Assembly (NCBI GenBank): GCA_913052135.1
Contig: CAJXDY010000005.1
Location: forward strand, 7,696 to 71,695
DNA: 64,000 nt
Origin: an uncultured Acidobacteriota bacterium
GTDB lineage: Bacteria > Acidobacteriota > Vicinamibacteria > Vicinamibacterales > UBA823
Direction: 5' to 3'
Below are positions 21,801 through 31,512 of the stretch, piece by piece. Position 1 is the stretch's first letter. Every line of letters begins with the position of its first letter. A program made the translations under genes and the position numbers. Below the pieces are notes generated by a model. It was given only the letters and a program-made list of their open reading frames with translations, was not told where the DNA came from and ran no database searches.

Positions 21801-22968
21801 GCAAGGTATCAAACTCAGGAAAATCGGTCAGGCTGGCCAGATCTAGATCGTCGTAAGTCACCTCCAGACTGGCAACACCAGCGCCTCCCTCATCCTCTGA
21901 CGTTAAGGCATAGGACAACTCAAGTGTTCCGTCGTGGAACACTGCAGAGGACTCATGGATGTCGAATCCGTCTCGCCGCCATTCGAGAGACCCACGCACC
22001 TCGGAAAATGGATTACTGTCGATCCCTAGTCGTTCGCTCGAAAACTCGCCTCGAAGATTGCGGCCACCATCGTACAGGTGAAACGTGCCCACAAAGTCGC
22101 CGTCGCCAGACAATGTAAAGGCTTCATTTGGAAAGAAAACGTCACGCAGAATGGGCAAATCTAGTTCGGATCGAACTTGGTAGAACTGTTCCGGCCAATT
22201 CATAATATCCGCTGTGCCCATCAAGCTCGACTCCGTTCCATCAGTCTGCAGGTCTAGTTGATCGAAAATCACCTTACCGTCATCGATCTGAAAATCGGCT
22301 TGCAGAGCTGCTTGCATCGGTTCAAAAGACTGGAGCTGTACCGTGCCTCCTGAGAATTCCGCGTGACCTTTGTAATCCAACATCTTGGTTACGGTAATAT
22401 CAAAATCTCGTCCTACTACACTCCAGGGAGTCGCGTGATCTTTATAGGTAAATTGCCCGCGTTCCGCATGGATTTCACTTAGAGTCGTAACAAACCATGT
22501 GTCTTCGGACAGTGCCAATTCGCTGAGATCTGGAAAAGTGTGGCGGTCGCCTGGAAAACTCTCGACTACCATCGCCCAGTCGGATATTGCGACAGAATCA
22601 AAAAGCAATTCCCCACGGAAAAGTGCCGACCAAGGCATGGAAATAACGACTTGGTCTGCGGTCAAAAATGCTCGATCCTCAAGCGTTGGGCCCTCAATAA
22701 CAAAGTCTTCAACCAGAAATTGTCCGCGGAAAAGATAAACCGAGAGCTTGCCAATGTGGAGAGGGCGGCCCATTAGTTCCGTGCCAACTCGTTCCACATG
22801 TTTGCGTAGTGCTGGACCGAGGTCTACTGTTACGGTCGCCACAACAGCAATCACCACTGCAGCCACGAGCCCTATCAACACTAAACGTGGGTAGCGGGTT
22901 AGCAGACGGCGGTGTCTCTTGCTCACCTCGACCTCGTTACGCTTGGTTTCAGGTCTCAACTCGAACAT
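18892..22968 (-). CDS. tamB: TamB/AsmA-like translocation and assembly module protein
   Basis: N-terminal TM anchor, long beta-rich repeats, C-terminal DUF490-like region (LSSDPPLPSSDILSLL; TIGKRVSDRIY); 1358 aa, adjacent to Omp85. Confidence 0.85.
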   Translation of the reverse strand: MFELRPETKRNEVEVSKRHRRLLTRYPRLVLIGLVAAVVIAVVATVTVDLGPALRKHVERVGTELMGRPLHIGKLSVYLFRGQFLVEDFVIEGPTLEDRAFLTADQVVISMPWSALFRGELLFDSVAISDWAMVVESFPGDRHTFPDLSELALSEDTWFVTTLSEIHAERGQFTYKDHATPWSVVGRDFDITVTKMLDYKGHAEFSGGTVQLQSFEPMQAALQADFQIDDGKVIFDQLDLQTDGTESSLMGTADIMNWPEQFYQVRSELDLPILRDVFFPNEAFTLSGDGDFVGTFHLYDGGRNLRGEFSSERLGIDSNPFSEVRGSLEWRRDGFDIHESSAVFHDGTLELSYALTSEDEGGAGVASLEVTYDDLDLASLTDFPEFDTLPLAGRATGWNKMSWPRDSFVDREGAGRIEVSPPDLITLQERRSPRGTIVNTSTVKNVLEGRLALGGVIDYSLGSGVIDVASGSQLATPHTFLSFEGQTAYGSDSRLPFHMTSSNLQESHRVLAGLMTVFERPTQVVEIGGSGTFDGELTGELIDPSVKGRFEAEPRAWDVMWGAWEGEATIENGYATVPESILTKGFSQMLIDGRFTFDYPRTDGDEEFNGRFNAEQWPVLDLRTAFDQLEYPVEGLITGDFHLYGEYIAPFGFARPTVREVIAYGEPFESATALLRYEGGGVRLDGIEIRKREGLITGAAYVDWGGTYTFNADGRRIPVGLVAAVSMPELPLDGLLQFTAGGSGSFDWPIYDVQGRIDTLLIRGETIGPMTGRVGVRNEQASVELEVASPLMAVSASGQVAITPEADAELTIRFTDTSLDPFLRAFAPRFLPFADTAGSGALRVLGPLSNLAKLNVTASIEQLQLVLYDYEVRNSDLIQIILDQEVVQVSKMQLEGEDTELTVSGEVRLGEDRFGLLVTGNANLAILQGFFSDIRSAGNAEIVTEIRGLIEAPVLSGSLEITDGRLRHSSLPHSFEQVNGRVTFDNGNVRMDDLTATLGGGDVQFGGSISLDGYRLDEFSMLAVGDDIQLRYPEEFRSTVDANLVLQGPVENPVLSGVVEVNDARWVRTLETNAGLFDILNQDAAVAGAPSADASALPLNFDIRVNVPGTLRINDRNTRIVSSGELTLRGTPIAPQLFGFMEIDRGEVFFEGNRYVVTRGSMDFTNPREINPFFDVEAETSVRVPGEIYRVVFHVAGTTDRFVPTLSSDPPLPSSDILSLLLGNVRDPAEGELRAIRTADETEKQLLQARAAQLVTDQLSSGFGRVLESSLGVDSFEITPSLSDAVRRETAELRPAARLTIGKRVSDRIYATLSRTLTGTEQDLLVLLEYDQSEQLSWVLSQNEDRTYALDFRVRHAF

Positions 22969-23504
22969 AAGGGGCCTTCTTGTTCCACCGTCGCCAGCAC
23001 CAGACCGGCTTCGACCACGGCACCCGCTTTCACCTTGATTTCAACAACGCGACCCGCGCTTGGTGAAGTAAGCGTATTTTCCATTTTCATGGCTTCAACG
23101 ACTACTATTCCTTGTCGTTTGATCACTGGATCACCTGCAGCGACCAACAGTTTGACTACTCGACCAGGCATTGGTGCAGTAATCTCCTGCAATCCATCGG
23201 CAACCGTTGCCGAAGTGGTGTCTGTTGTAAATACTGATCGATCTGTGTTGAGCCCAATTTGAAAGACACAACTAGATTTTTCCACGGCGACGGTTGCTCG
23301 CCGACCAGAATCAACAATAGTGACCATATGGCTCGAAAAATTCTGATCGCAGAAAATCACCGACAATGAAGACTGATCAAGGCGACGAGCATCTATGACA
23401 TGCTGTCGGCCATTCACAGTCACGGTAAAGCGATTGTCTACCCCGATAACTCGGTCTATCTTGACACTCCGCACTTGCCCGTTGACGTCAACATCAAACG
23501 TCAT
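22956..23504 (-). CDS. Biotin carboxyl carrier protein of acyl-CoA carboxylase
   Basis: APMPGRVV...VEAMKMEN biotinylation motif. Confidence 0.93.
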   Translation of the reverse strand: MTFDVDVNGQVRSVKIDRVIGVDNRFTVTVNGRQHVIDARRLDQSSLSVIFCDQNFSSHMVTIVDSGRRATVAVEKSSCVFQIGLNTDRSVFTTDTTSATVADGLQEITAPMPGRVVKLLVAAGDPVIKRQGIVVVEAMKMENTLTSPSAGRVVEIKVKAGAVVEAGLVLATVEQEGPLCSS

Positions 23505-25027
23505 CAGATTACGCGCAAGGCCTCAGCCTTGGCCTGCCGCCGCCATTCGGATGGCTTGTCTGGTTGTTTCGCAGCAGCTGAATCCTTACCAAGATAGGCA
23601 TGCAGGGCCGCACCGACGACCGCGACCTCTTCGACTTCAGAAGTCGGCTCCATAAGTGGCTTACCATTACGCTCCGCCATCATCATGTCGATAAAATTCG
23701 TGTTGACCGCTCCACTGTGAAATGCAGAACTTTGAAGGAGCCAAGAGAAAAACGGAATGGTTGTTTTGATTCCATGAACCTTGTACTCATCCATCGCACG
23801 TCGCATGCGGGCGATAGCCACGGCTCGATCGGGGCCCCAAGCAATCACTTTAGAAATTAACGGGTCGTACCAAGTAGGCACCTCAAATCCCGAAGCAACA
23901 CCGCTGTCATCACGAATTCCAGGACCAGAAGGTGTTCTCAGGGCTCGGATCGTCCCAGGTGACGGCATGAAACCATTGTCTGGATCCTCTGCGTAGACGC
24001 GACACTCGATGGAGTGGCCCCGTGGCGTAAGTGTTTCCGCTGGATTAATGGTCAGCTGCCTACCGTGCGCAATGTGAAGCTGCCAATGAACAAGATCAAC
24101 GCCTGTGATCATTTCGGTAACAGGATGTTCAACCTGAAGCCGAGTGTTCATCTCTAGAAAGTAAAACTTGCCAGCCGTATCAAGCAAAAATTCAACAGTA
24201 CCGGCATTAACGTAACCAACCGAACGAGCAAGCGCCACCGCAGCGGTCGCCATCTGTTCGCGCAACTCTCGGGTCACGAACATCGCTGGAGACTCTTCAA
24301 CAATCTTTTGATAACGACGTTGAATTGAACAGTCGCGCTCAACAAAAGGCACTATTGCACCGTGCGAATCGCCAAGCAGTTGCACCTCAATATGACGTGG
24401 CTCGATTATTTGTCGCTCCAAATAGACGAACTCATCACCAAACGCTGTTTGGGCCTCGGACCGCGCCTCTCGAAGCGCTGACGTAAGACCTTCCGGTTCA
24501 CGCACCAGGCGCATGCCCCGCCCACCACCGCCTGCCACGGCCTTAACAAATAGCGGATATCCGACTTCCCTAGCAATTTGCTTAACCTCAATGTCGGACA
24601 GATTTGGATCTAAGGGAGTGTCAGTACCAGGCACCACAGGAACTCCGGCACGCTGTGCCGCCTGGCGAGCCGCGATCTTACCACCCATGAGGGCAATCAC
24701 ATCAGCTGATGGTCCAACAAACGTTAAATTCGCATCGCGACAAGCAGCAGCAAACTTCGCATTCTCGGAAAGAAAGCCATATCCTGGATGCACAGCGGTC
24801 ACATCAGCTTCACGCGCTACATCGATCATCCGGTCGATGTTTAGGTAACTCTCGGCTGGCTCGTTAGCCCCGATTTCATAAGCCTCGTCGGCATACCGTA
24901 CGTGGGGCGCTAAGCGATCACAATCTGAATAGACGGCGACACTCTGAAATCCAAGCTCTCGACAAGCACGCATGATGCGCACTGCGATCTCTCCACGATT
25001 AGCAACTAATACTTTCATCGTGATCAA
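23504..25027 (-). CDS. accC: Biotin carboxylase subunit (AccC/PccA-type); start probably ATG 25018
   Basis: KVLVANRGEIA, HPGYGFLSEN, GGGGRGM, FLEMNTRLQVEHPVTE, RVYAEDP. Confidence 0.93.
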   Translation of the reverse strand: MITMKVLVANRGEIAVRIMRACRELGFQSVAVYSDCDRLAPHVRYADEAYEIGANEPAESYLNIDRMIDVAREADVTAVHPGYGFLSENAKFAAACRDANLTFVGPSADVIALMGGKIAARQAAQRAGVPVVPGTDTPLDPNLSDIEVKQIAREVGYPLFVKAVAGGGGRGMRLVREPEGLTSALREARSEAQTAFGDEFVYLERQIIEPRHIEVQLLGDSHGAIVPFVERDCSIQRRYQKIVEESPAMFVTRELREQMATAAVALARSVGYVNAGTVEFLLDTAGKFYFLEMNTRLQVEHPVTEMITGVDLVHWQLHIAHGRQLTINPAETLTPRGHSIECRVYAEDPDNGFMPSPGTIRALRTPSGPGIRDDSGVASGFEVPTWYDPLISKVIAWGPDRAVAIARMRRAMDEYKVHGIKTTIPFFSWLLQSSAFHSGAVNTNFIDMMMAERNGKPLMEPTSEVEEVAVVGAALHAYLGKDSAAAKQPDKPSEWRRQAKAEALRVI

Positions 25028-25148
25028 ACAACGATTGCAGATACAAGACTACTTAGCTGCGCTCGCCCATCGGCTGCTATAGTGAAACCGAGGGCAAGAC
25101 CTCACATCTACCTATTATTCTAGCACTTAAGGGCGTCGGTCAAAGTGT

Positions 25149-26690
25149 CTATAGGGGAATATTGCCATGTTTCTTTGGCGGATTACGGTCACGTTTGTCG
25201 GCAAGATTCGCGAACGCTGCGATTAGGGTCGATCTCGTTCGTCGTGGTTCGATCACAGCATCAACAAAACCATGCGCAGTAGCTGTAAAGGGATTGGCGA
25301 ATTTGTCTCGGAACTCCTGGATCTTCTCATTGCGCAGCGCATCGGGATCGCTTGCATTCTCGAGATCGCGTTTGTAGAGGATGTTCACCGCACCTTCGGG
25401 TCCCATCACGGCGATTTCTGCCGTTGGCCAAGCATAGTTAAGATCGGTACGGAGGTGTTTGCTTGACATGACGCAATAGGCGCCTCCATAGGCCTTTCGT
25501 GTTATGACTGTCACCTTCGGCACCGTTGCCTCAGCGAAGGCGAACAATAACTTGGCACCGTGGCGAATAATCCCGCCGTGTTCCTGTTGAATTCCTGGTA
25601 GAAATCCTGGTACGTCTTCGAGCGTTAATAGCGGAATATTAAATGCGTCACAGCAACGCACAAATCTGGCCGCCTTAACCGAGGCGTCGATGTCGAGTGT
25701 GCCAGCGAGGTGTGCCGGTTGATTAGCAACAACGCCAATCGAACGTCCGGCGAGTCGTATGAACCCTACGATGATGTTCCTTGCAAAATGTTGGTGCACC
25801 TCAAGGAACTTTTTGTGATCAGCAATTGAGCGGATTAGGTCCAGCATGTCATAAGGATGACTTGGTGACTCTGGAATAAGACTTTCCAGCATTTCATCTT
25901 CGCGATCAGATGGATCCGCGCATTCCAAGTCAGGCGGCTCATCCAAATTGTTACTGGGTAAGTAGCCCAGTAATTCCCTCACAAGGGCTAAACATTCTCG
26001 ATCGTCAGCGACCGCAAAGTGGGCAGCACCGCTCTGGGAGTTGTGCGTCATCGCTCCACCTAACTCCTCCTTCGTAACCTGCTGGTGCGTAACGGTCTCC
26101 ACAACATCTGGCCCGGTTACAAACATGTAGCTTGTGTCCTGCACCATGATGTTAAAGTCAGTAATCGCTGGTGAATAGACAGCGCCGCCCGCGCACGGAC
26201 CCATAATTGCAGAGATCTGTGGAATCACCCCTGAGGCCAAAGTATTGCGAAGAAAAATGTCGGCATAACCACCTAACGAAAGCACACCTTCCTGAATCCG
26301 TGCACCTCCCGAATCATTGAGCCCGACGACAGGTGCACCCATCTTGATCGCTAGGTCCAGGATCTTCACGATCTTGGCGGCATTGGTTTCCGACAGTGAA
26401 CCACCAAACACCGTAAAATCTTGTGCGAAAGCGTACACTGTTCGGCCATCGACACATCCATACCCAGCCACAACACCGTCACCCGGCACCTTTTGATTAG
26501 CCATACCGAAGTCCTGACACCGATGCACCACCAGCTTGTCAAGTTCATTGAATGTTCCGGGATCGAACAATCGATCGATACGCTCACGAGCAGTGAGTTT
26601 CCCAGCGGCATTCTGCCGTGCTAGTCGTGCATCACCTCCACCGCGTTCGGCACGTGCCTCCAACTCGGCAAGCTGTTTACGTGTATCCAA
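25149..26690 (-). CDS. pccB: Acyl-CoA (propionyl-CoA-type) carboxylase, carboxyltransferase beta subunit
   Basis: [56 protein letters not shown]. Confidence 0.9.
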   Translation of the reverse strand: MDTRKQLAELEARAERGGGDARLARQNAAGKLTARERIDRLFDPGTFNELDKLVVHRCQDFGMANQKVPGDGVVAGYGCVDGRTVYAFAQDFTVFGGSLSETNAAKIVKILDLAIKMGAPVVGLNDSGGARIQEGVLSLGGYADIFLRNTLASGVIPQISAIMGPCAGGAVYSPAITDFNIMVQDTSYMFVTGPDVVETVTHQQVTKEELGGAMTHNSQSGAAHFAVADDRECLALVRELLGYLPSNNLDEPPDLECADPSDREDEMLESLIPESPSHPYDMLDLIRSIADHKKFLEVHQHFARNIIVGFIRLAGRSIGVVANQPAHLAGTLDIDASVKAARFVRCCDAFNIPLLTLEDVPGFLPGIQQEHGGIIRHGAKLLFAFAEATVPKVTVITRKAYGGAYCVMSSKHLRTDLNYAWPTAEIAVMGPEGAVNILYKRDLENASDPDALRNEKIQEFRDKFANPFTATAHGFVDAVIEPRRTRSTLIAAFANLADKRDRNPPKKHGNIPL

Positions 26691-26696
26691 TCGCTG

Positions 26697-27350
26697 TCAA
26701 CCTTTTCCAGTTTGTGCTTTTTCCCAGTCGGCAAGGAATTGTTTAAGACCAATGTCAGTCAGCGGGTGCTTAAATAATTTCTTGAGAACAGCCGGCGGAC
26801 AGGTACACACATCAGCTCCCATTTCCGCTGCCTGGATGATGTGAAGCGGACCTCGGACGCTGGCTACCAGCACTTCAGTCAAAAATTCATAATTTTCGTA
26901 GATCTCAACAATAGAACCAATCAAGTCCATTCCAGACGTGCCGATGTCGTCAAGGCGGCCTACAAACGGACTAACAAAGGTGGCGCCAACCTTGGCTGCC
27001 AACAGCGCCTGTGCCGCGGAAAATACCAATGTGACGTTCACAGGAATATTCTCGGAAACCAAAGCCCGACACGCCTTGATCCCTTCCTCGCCAAAGGGCA
27101 CCTTAACGACTATGTGATCGTCAATTTTTCGCAGTTGACGACCCTCTTGAATCATTCCTTCTGTATCTGTCGCCACAACCTCGGCGCTGACAGGACCTTG
27201 CACCAAGTCACAGATTTCTTTGAGAATCTTGCGCGGATCACCAGCTTCCTTCGCAAGTAATGAAGGATTGGTTGTAGCACCATCCACGATACCAAGTGGC
27301 ATCAAGTCGGTGAAGTGTTGCACATTACCCGAATCAACGAACAATTTCAT
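26697..27350 (-). CDS. tal: Transaldolase, short MipB/TalC (fructose-6-phosphate aldolase) family
   Basis: GATTNPSLL, GPVSAEV, VVKVP (Schiff-base Lys), NVTLVFS, SPFVGRLDD, HPLTDIGL; AGGAG RBS before ATG 27350. Confidence 0.9.
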   Translation of the reverse strand: MKLFVDSGNVQHFTDLMPLGIVDGATTNPSLLAKEAGDPRKILKEICDLVQGPVSAEVVATDTEGMIQEGRQLRKIDDHIVVKVPFGEEGIKACRALVSENIPVNVTLVFSAAQALLAAKVGATFVSPFVGRLDDIGTSGMDLIGSIVEIYENYEFLTEVLVASVRGPLHIIQAAEMGADVCTCPPAVLKKLFKHPLTDIGLKQFLADWEKAQTGKG

Positions 27351-27437
27351 GCTGTCGCTCCTTGGGATACACAATCATAGGCGCCCATTTTATCAACCTT
27401 ACTTCTACCTCTAGGCAGTTGTACACTCTGAGCCTGC

Positions 27438-28865
27438 TCATCGCGGCGTCTCTTGAACTTGATTGGATGGGCCACTAATATTGGGGGCCTTCGCGGTATC
27501 AAGAGCCACGACCGCGTACACATAATCAACACCAGCTATCCCGGACGTATCCCGATAAGTCGTTTCCGTAATGATACCGGAGTGTAACGGCTGCAGTGTC
27601 TCACCTGTTGCTTCAGCCCGCAAGACCTGGTACCCCGCGAGATCTGCCTCAGAACTTGCATTCCAGATTAGGTTGATAGTCCCAACATTGGCAACTGCAA
27701 CCAAATTCGTGGGTGGCGCGGGTGGGAATGTATCGATAAATTTAACGCACGTTTCCGTTGACGGCGGACTCTCAATCATTATCTCGAACGTCTCAACAGG
27801 CTCAGTTGCGTCAACTGACTCCGGGGAATCAAGGACCATCTGGTTAATCTGTTTAAGCGTTCCGATCATGTAGCAGCGCTCAAGACCAAATTCAACACGT
27901 GGATCCTGGAACTGCAAAGATTCTAATGGTGTGTCGTTTAGTGGTATCGGAACAACATGGGTAACGTTCGTGTTCTTTGCAACTTCATACACGTTATACC
28001 GGCTAGTAATACGCAGACGACTGGGTTGGCCAAATTCTTCAATTGGCGCCGACCTTAAACCCGATTCCGACACTGACGCCTGAACAAGACGACGCGCCTC
28101 ACGCGCTGGAATCCAAGTCATCGTAACAACATCGCTTGTGTACTGAACGCTAGGATATGCCGTTGAATACGGCGGGGCCGTCAACCGCATTGGAATTGGT
28201 GCCGCCGGACTACGACGTCCTCCCTTGGTAACGCCGATCACTGCATAAAAGCGACTTGGAGGTGGTACAAATGACGGGGACACAAGAGGGCCTTGGAGCT
28301 GCTGCAATCTTGGCTGCTTCTTATCTTGTTCATTGCTACGCCTACGAGGGCTCCGCCGGATCTCCGTTAGGTCGATCGGTGTCAGCATCTCGGGTGTAAG
28401 TGTTTCGATAAACGAAATGCGCTGCCCCTGCACATATCCAGCATCTTCGATGACTGTTAACAAAGCTGCTGATGGCGTATCAGCTATCGATTCTTGATCA
28501 GACTCATCACCTTCAAGGTCCTCTGGTTCGGGAGGCTGATACACTTCGAAAGTTGCGATCAGCGTCGCAGTTCTTCGAAACTCACGATCGGTCAATGGCG
28601 GTTCAGTAGAGGGAAATGAATGGGCTGTTAAAGCATATAGCTCGACGCTGCCTATGTCTGCTGGCGTACTGCCGTCTGAGTTTTCAGTTGGCACATTGAA
28701 ATTGAGGAAAACCTCAGACCCGATCCGACGGATACTAAAGTCCTCGACTGGAGCTGGTACTAAGCGCAGTGGCGCAAGCGGAGGCCCCTTCTTACCGCAA
28801 GCACCGATTGCAAAAAGTGCCAGCGACGCGATTGACACCAACAGCCGCCACCGCGATTTGGTCAC
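27438..28865 (-). CDS. Lipoprotein with fibronectin type III-like domains
   Basis: Lipobox IGAC followed by GKKGPPLAP; C-terminal FN3 ([11 protein letters not shown]...LIWNAS...GYQVLR...YVYAVVALD). Confidence 0.75.
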   Translation of the reverse strand: MTKSRWRLLVSIASLALFAIGACGKKGPPLAPLRLVPAPVEDFSIRRIGSEVFLNFNVPTENSDGSTPADIGSVELYALTAHSFPSTEPPLTDREFRRTATLIATFEVYQPPEPEDLEGDESDQESIADTPSAALLTVIEDAGYVQGQRISFIETLTPEMLTPIDLTEIRRSPRRRSNEQDKKQPRLQQLQGPLVSPSFVPPPSRFYAVIGVTKGGRRSPAAPIPMRLTAPPYSTAYPSVQYTSDVVTMTWIPAREARRLVQASVSESGLRSAPIEEFGQPSRLRITSRYNVYEVAKNTNVTHVVPIPLNDTPLESLQFQDPRVEFGLERCYMIGTLKQINQMVLDSPESVDATEPVETFEIMIESPPSTETCVKFIDTFPPAPPTNLVAVANVGTINLIWNASSEADLAGYQVLRAEATGETLQPLHSGIITETTYRDTSGIAGVDYVYAVVALDTAKAPNISGPSNQVQETPR

Positions 28866-30241
28866 AGGATGTACCGTGACAGATCCTCGTTTTTGACGAT
28901 ATCCGCCAACATGAGCTCTACGTACGCAGCGTCAATAGTGATTGACTTTTCAGGCAAGTCCGGAGCCTCAAATGAAATTTCGTCAAGGAGCTTCTCCATT
29001 ACTGTGTGTAAACGCCTCGCACCAATATTTTCGGTACGCTCGTTGACAATGGTAGCGAAGTGGGCGATCCGCTCGACTGATTCGTCCAAAAATTTCAATG
29101 TTATGCCTTCAGTGCCCAGTAAAGCGACATACTGCGTAACCAATGCGCCTTGAGGCTCAGTAAGGATACGCACAAAATCTTCCTTACCAAGCGCTTCCAA
29201 TTCAACGCGGATAGGAAAACGTCCCTGCAGTTCCGGAATGAGATCGGACGGTTTCGACACATGAAAGGCGCCGGCTGCAATAAAAAGAATGTGATCGGTG
29301 CGGACCATACCGTGTTTAGTATTAACAGTTGTACCCTCAACTATCGGAAGTATGTCTCGTTGCACACCTTCACGACTAACTTCAGGACCGTGACTGCCTT
29401 CTCGTCCAGAAATTTTGTCAATTTCATCGATGAAGATAATCCCCGCCTGTTCAACACGTTCAACGGCCGCGCGATCGACACTTTCCATATCAATAAGCTT
29501 TTGCTCTTCTTCCTGTGCGAGATATTCAAAAGCTTCTGGCACTTTCATGCGTCGTTTCCGCCGATTGCCCTGAAAAATCCCAGGGAGCATATCCTTTACA
29601 TTAATATCCACTTCCTCCAACGAAGAACCGGCGATGATCTCAAACGAGGGAAAGCCTTTATCGCGAACATCCACCTCAACAGACCGACTATCAAGGCTAC
29701 CGTCATGCAACTGCGTACGAAATTTCTCTCGGGTAGTTTGAGTATAGTCACGGGCAGCTTCAGCTTCAGCACTCTGCCCCACTGGCTTAACAGGAGGCAA
29801 CAGTAAATCAAGAAGGCGTTCTTCAGCATTTTGCTGAGCCTTTTCTTTGACCTGAATCAGCCTCTCTTCGCGCACCATGTCAACGGTGAGCTCAATCAGG
29901 TCACGTACCATCGATTCAACATCACGTCCCACATAACCAATTTCGGTGAATTTTGACGCCTCAACTTTCAAGAACGGCGATTGCGTCAACCGAGCTAATC
30001 GTCTCGCGATCTCAGTTTTGCCAACACCGGTCGGACCGATCATCAGAATATTCTTCGGTGCAACTTCTTCGGCTAGTTCAGCTGGTAGTTTCTGCCGTCT
30101 CAGCCGGTTTCTTAACGCCACGGCAACGGCCCGCTTGGCCTTATTTTGACCAATCACGAACCGGTCGAGCTCCACCACAATCTCTCGTGGCGTCAGTTTA
30201 TCGACCGTCGAGCCAGCTGAGGCTGGTAAATAAATCGGCAC
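28862..30241 (-). CDS. hslU: ATP-dependent protease ATPase subunit HslU
   Basis: [37 protein letters not shown]-terminal DLSRYIL. Confidence 0.98.
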   Translation of the reverse strand: MPIYLPASAGSTVDKLTPREIVVELDRFVIGQNKAKRAVAVALRNRLRRQKLPAELAEEVAPKNILMIGPTGVGKTEIARRLARLTQSPFLKVEASKFTEIGYVGRDVESMVRDLIELTVDMVREERLIQVKEKAQQNAEERLLDLLLPPVKPVGQSAEAEAARDYTQTTREKFRTQLHDGSLDSRSVEVDVRDKGFPSFEIIAGSSLEEVDINVKDMLPGIFQGNRRKRRMKVPEAFEYLAQEEEQKLIDMESVDRAAVERVEQAGIIFIDEIDKISGREGSHGPEVSREGVQRDILPIVEGTTVNTKHGMVRTDHILFIAAGAFHVSKPSDLIPELQGRFPIRVELEALGKEDFVRILTEPQGALVTQYVALLGTEGITLKFLDESVERIAHFATIVNERTENIGARRLHTVMEKLLDEISFEAPDLPEKSITIDAAYVELMLADIVKNEDLSRYIL

Positions 30242-30310
30242 TAGCTACGGTTCCACAAATTTATTAACCCTGTCACGAACAAACTCCATCGTGCTTGGTC
30301 AGCACACTTG

Positions 30311-30838
30311 TCACAATTCTTCAATCGTAATTGAATCATTGGTGTAGATGCAGATGCTCGCCGCGATGTTCATTGCTTGCTCGGCAATCGCATGCGCGTC
30401 GAGCGAAGTGTTCTGAGCCAAGGCTTTGGCTGCTGCTAAGGCGTACACTCCACCTGAACCGATTGCAATAATTCCGTCATCGGGCTCAATAAGATCTCCA
30501 GTACCAGACAACAAGAAGGTTGACGACTTATCCAGCACAAGCAACATCGCTTCTAAACGCCTGAGCAAGCGATCAGTGCGCCAGTCCTTAGCCAGCTCAA
30601 CGGCTGAACGTTCTAGATTTCCCCGATACTCTTCTAACTTTGCCTCGAACCGAGCAAACAACGCGAAAGAATCAGCTGCTGACCCCGCGAATCCTGCAAG
30701 TATCTGATCCTTATACAGTCGTCGAATCTTACGAGCGCCCTGCTTAACAACTGTGTTCGCAAAAGTGACCTGACCGTCACCTGCCATGACGGCCCGTCCC
30801 TGGTGTCTCACGACTAAAACCGTTGTGCTGTGAATCAT
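30311..30838 (-). CDS. hslV: ATP-dependent protease subunit HslV
   Basis: N-terminal TT nucleophile (HSTTVL), [26 protein letters not shown]. Confidence 0.98.
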   Translation of the reverse strand: MIHSTTVLVVRHQGRAVMAGDGQVTFANTVVKQGARKIRRLYKDQILAGFAGSAADSFALFARFEAKLEEYRGNLERSAVELAKDWRTDRLLRRLEAMLLVLDKSSTFLLSGTGDLIEPDDGIIAIGSGGVYALAAAKALAQNTSLDAHAIAEQAMNIAASICIYTNDSITIEEL

Positions 30839-30883
30839 GAGTTGAAAACGGAAGGTATCAGTTCTTTATTTCGATCTATTGCG

Positions 30884-30913
30884 AGTCTAGTAGATGCATG
30901 AAAATACTGTCAA
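30884..30913 (-). promoter_or_regulatory. Sigma70-type promoter for hslVU
   Basis: Minus strand TTGACA (30913-30908), 18-nt spacer, TAGACT (30889-30884). Confidence 0.55.
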
Positions 30914-30927
30914 CGTCGCGGGAATAA

Positions 30928-31512
30928 TCAATTCTCAAGACTTCCACGAATCAAAAGCGTCCGATCAATCATATATTCGCCCAACTTGACCCAAGGGTCA
31001 CTACGATGTTTGGCAAATAGACTAAGCTTGGCATCCTGAAATAATCGGTGCTCCATCAGTTCTAGCCGTGGTTGAGTCCCCGTGTAACCCAAACCTGATT
31101 GCATGACAAATGCGGCAGTGGTCGAACCTGGCTCGAGCCCTGCCAAATCAATGGCAGAAATTGTTGAACTGCCAAGCTCTTCTGGATCTTCCGTGCCGTC
31201 AGCCAGCACCAAACGAAAAGAGCCAAGGAGTCGAACCGAACTAACATTCTCCTCAAGTGCATTATGAAGTGTAAATGAAATACGCGGAACAATCTTGTTC
31301 TTCCCATCTTCAAGAATTCCTGCGTCAAACCACCCAGTCGTTATATCAGTAACGACGAGTGCCTCGGTGATATCAATTGACGGACTGCATCCCGATCCAA
31401 GGCTCGTCACTCCTAGCACGAAGAGCCCAACGGGGCCGAGCCGCCACCACCATCTAGTTTGTCTTGAAGAGTTCATCAACACGGATTGTAGATCAGAATT
31501 CACCTGTCTCAA
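30928..31512 (-). CDS. Hypothetical protein, probable lipoprotein
   Basis: Hydrophobic stretch ending in LGSGC (lipobox-like), beta-rich mature domain; overlaps the end of the VWA gene. Confidence 0.65.
   Translation of the reverse strand: MRQVNSDLQSVLMNSSRQTRWWWRLGPVGLFVLGVTSLGSGCSPSIDITEALVVTDITTGWFDAGILEDGKNKIVPRISFTLHNALEENVSSVRLLGSFRLVLADGTEDPEELGSSTISAIDLAGLEPGSTTAAFVMQSGLGYTGTQPRLELMEHRLFQDAKLSLFAKHRSDPWVKLGEYMIDRTLLIRGSLEN

Noticed and set aside
29150-29806. 218-aa ORF antisense to hslU, and the many other short overlapping ORFs in the track
   Set aside because: These are shadow frames of well-conserved genes with no motifs or RBS, expected by chance or codon bias.
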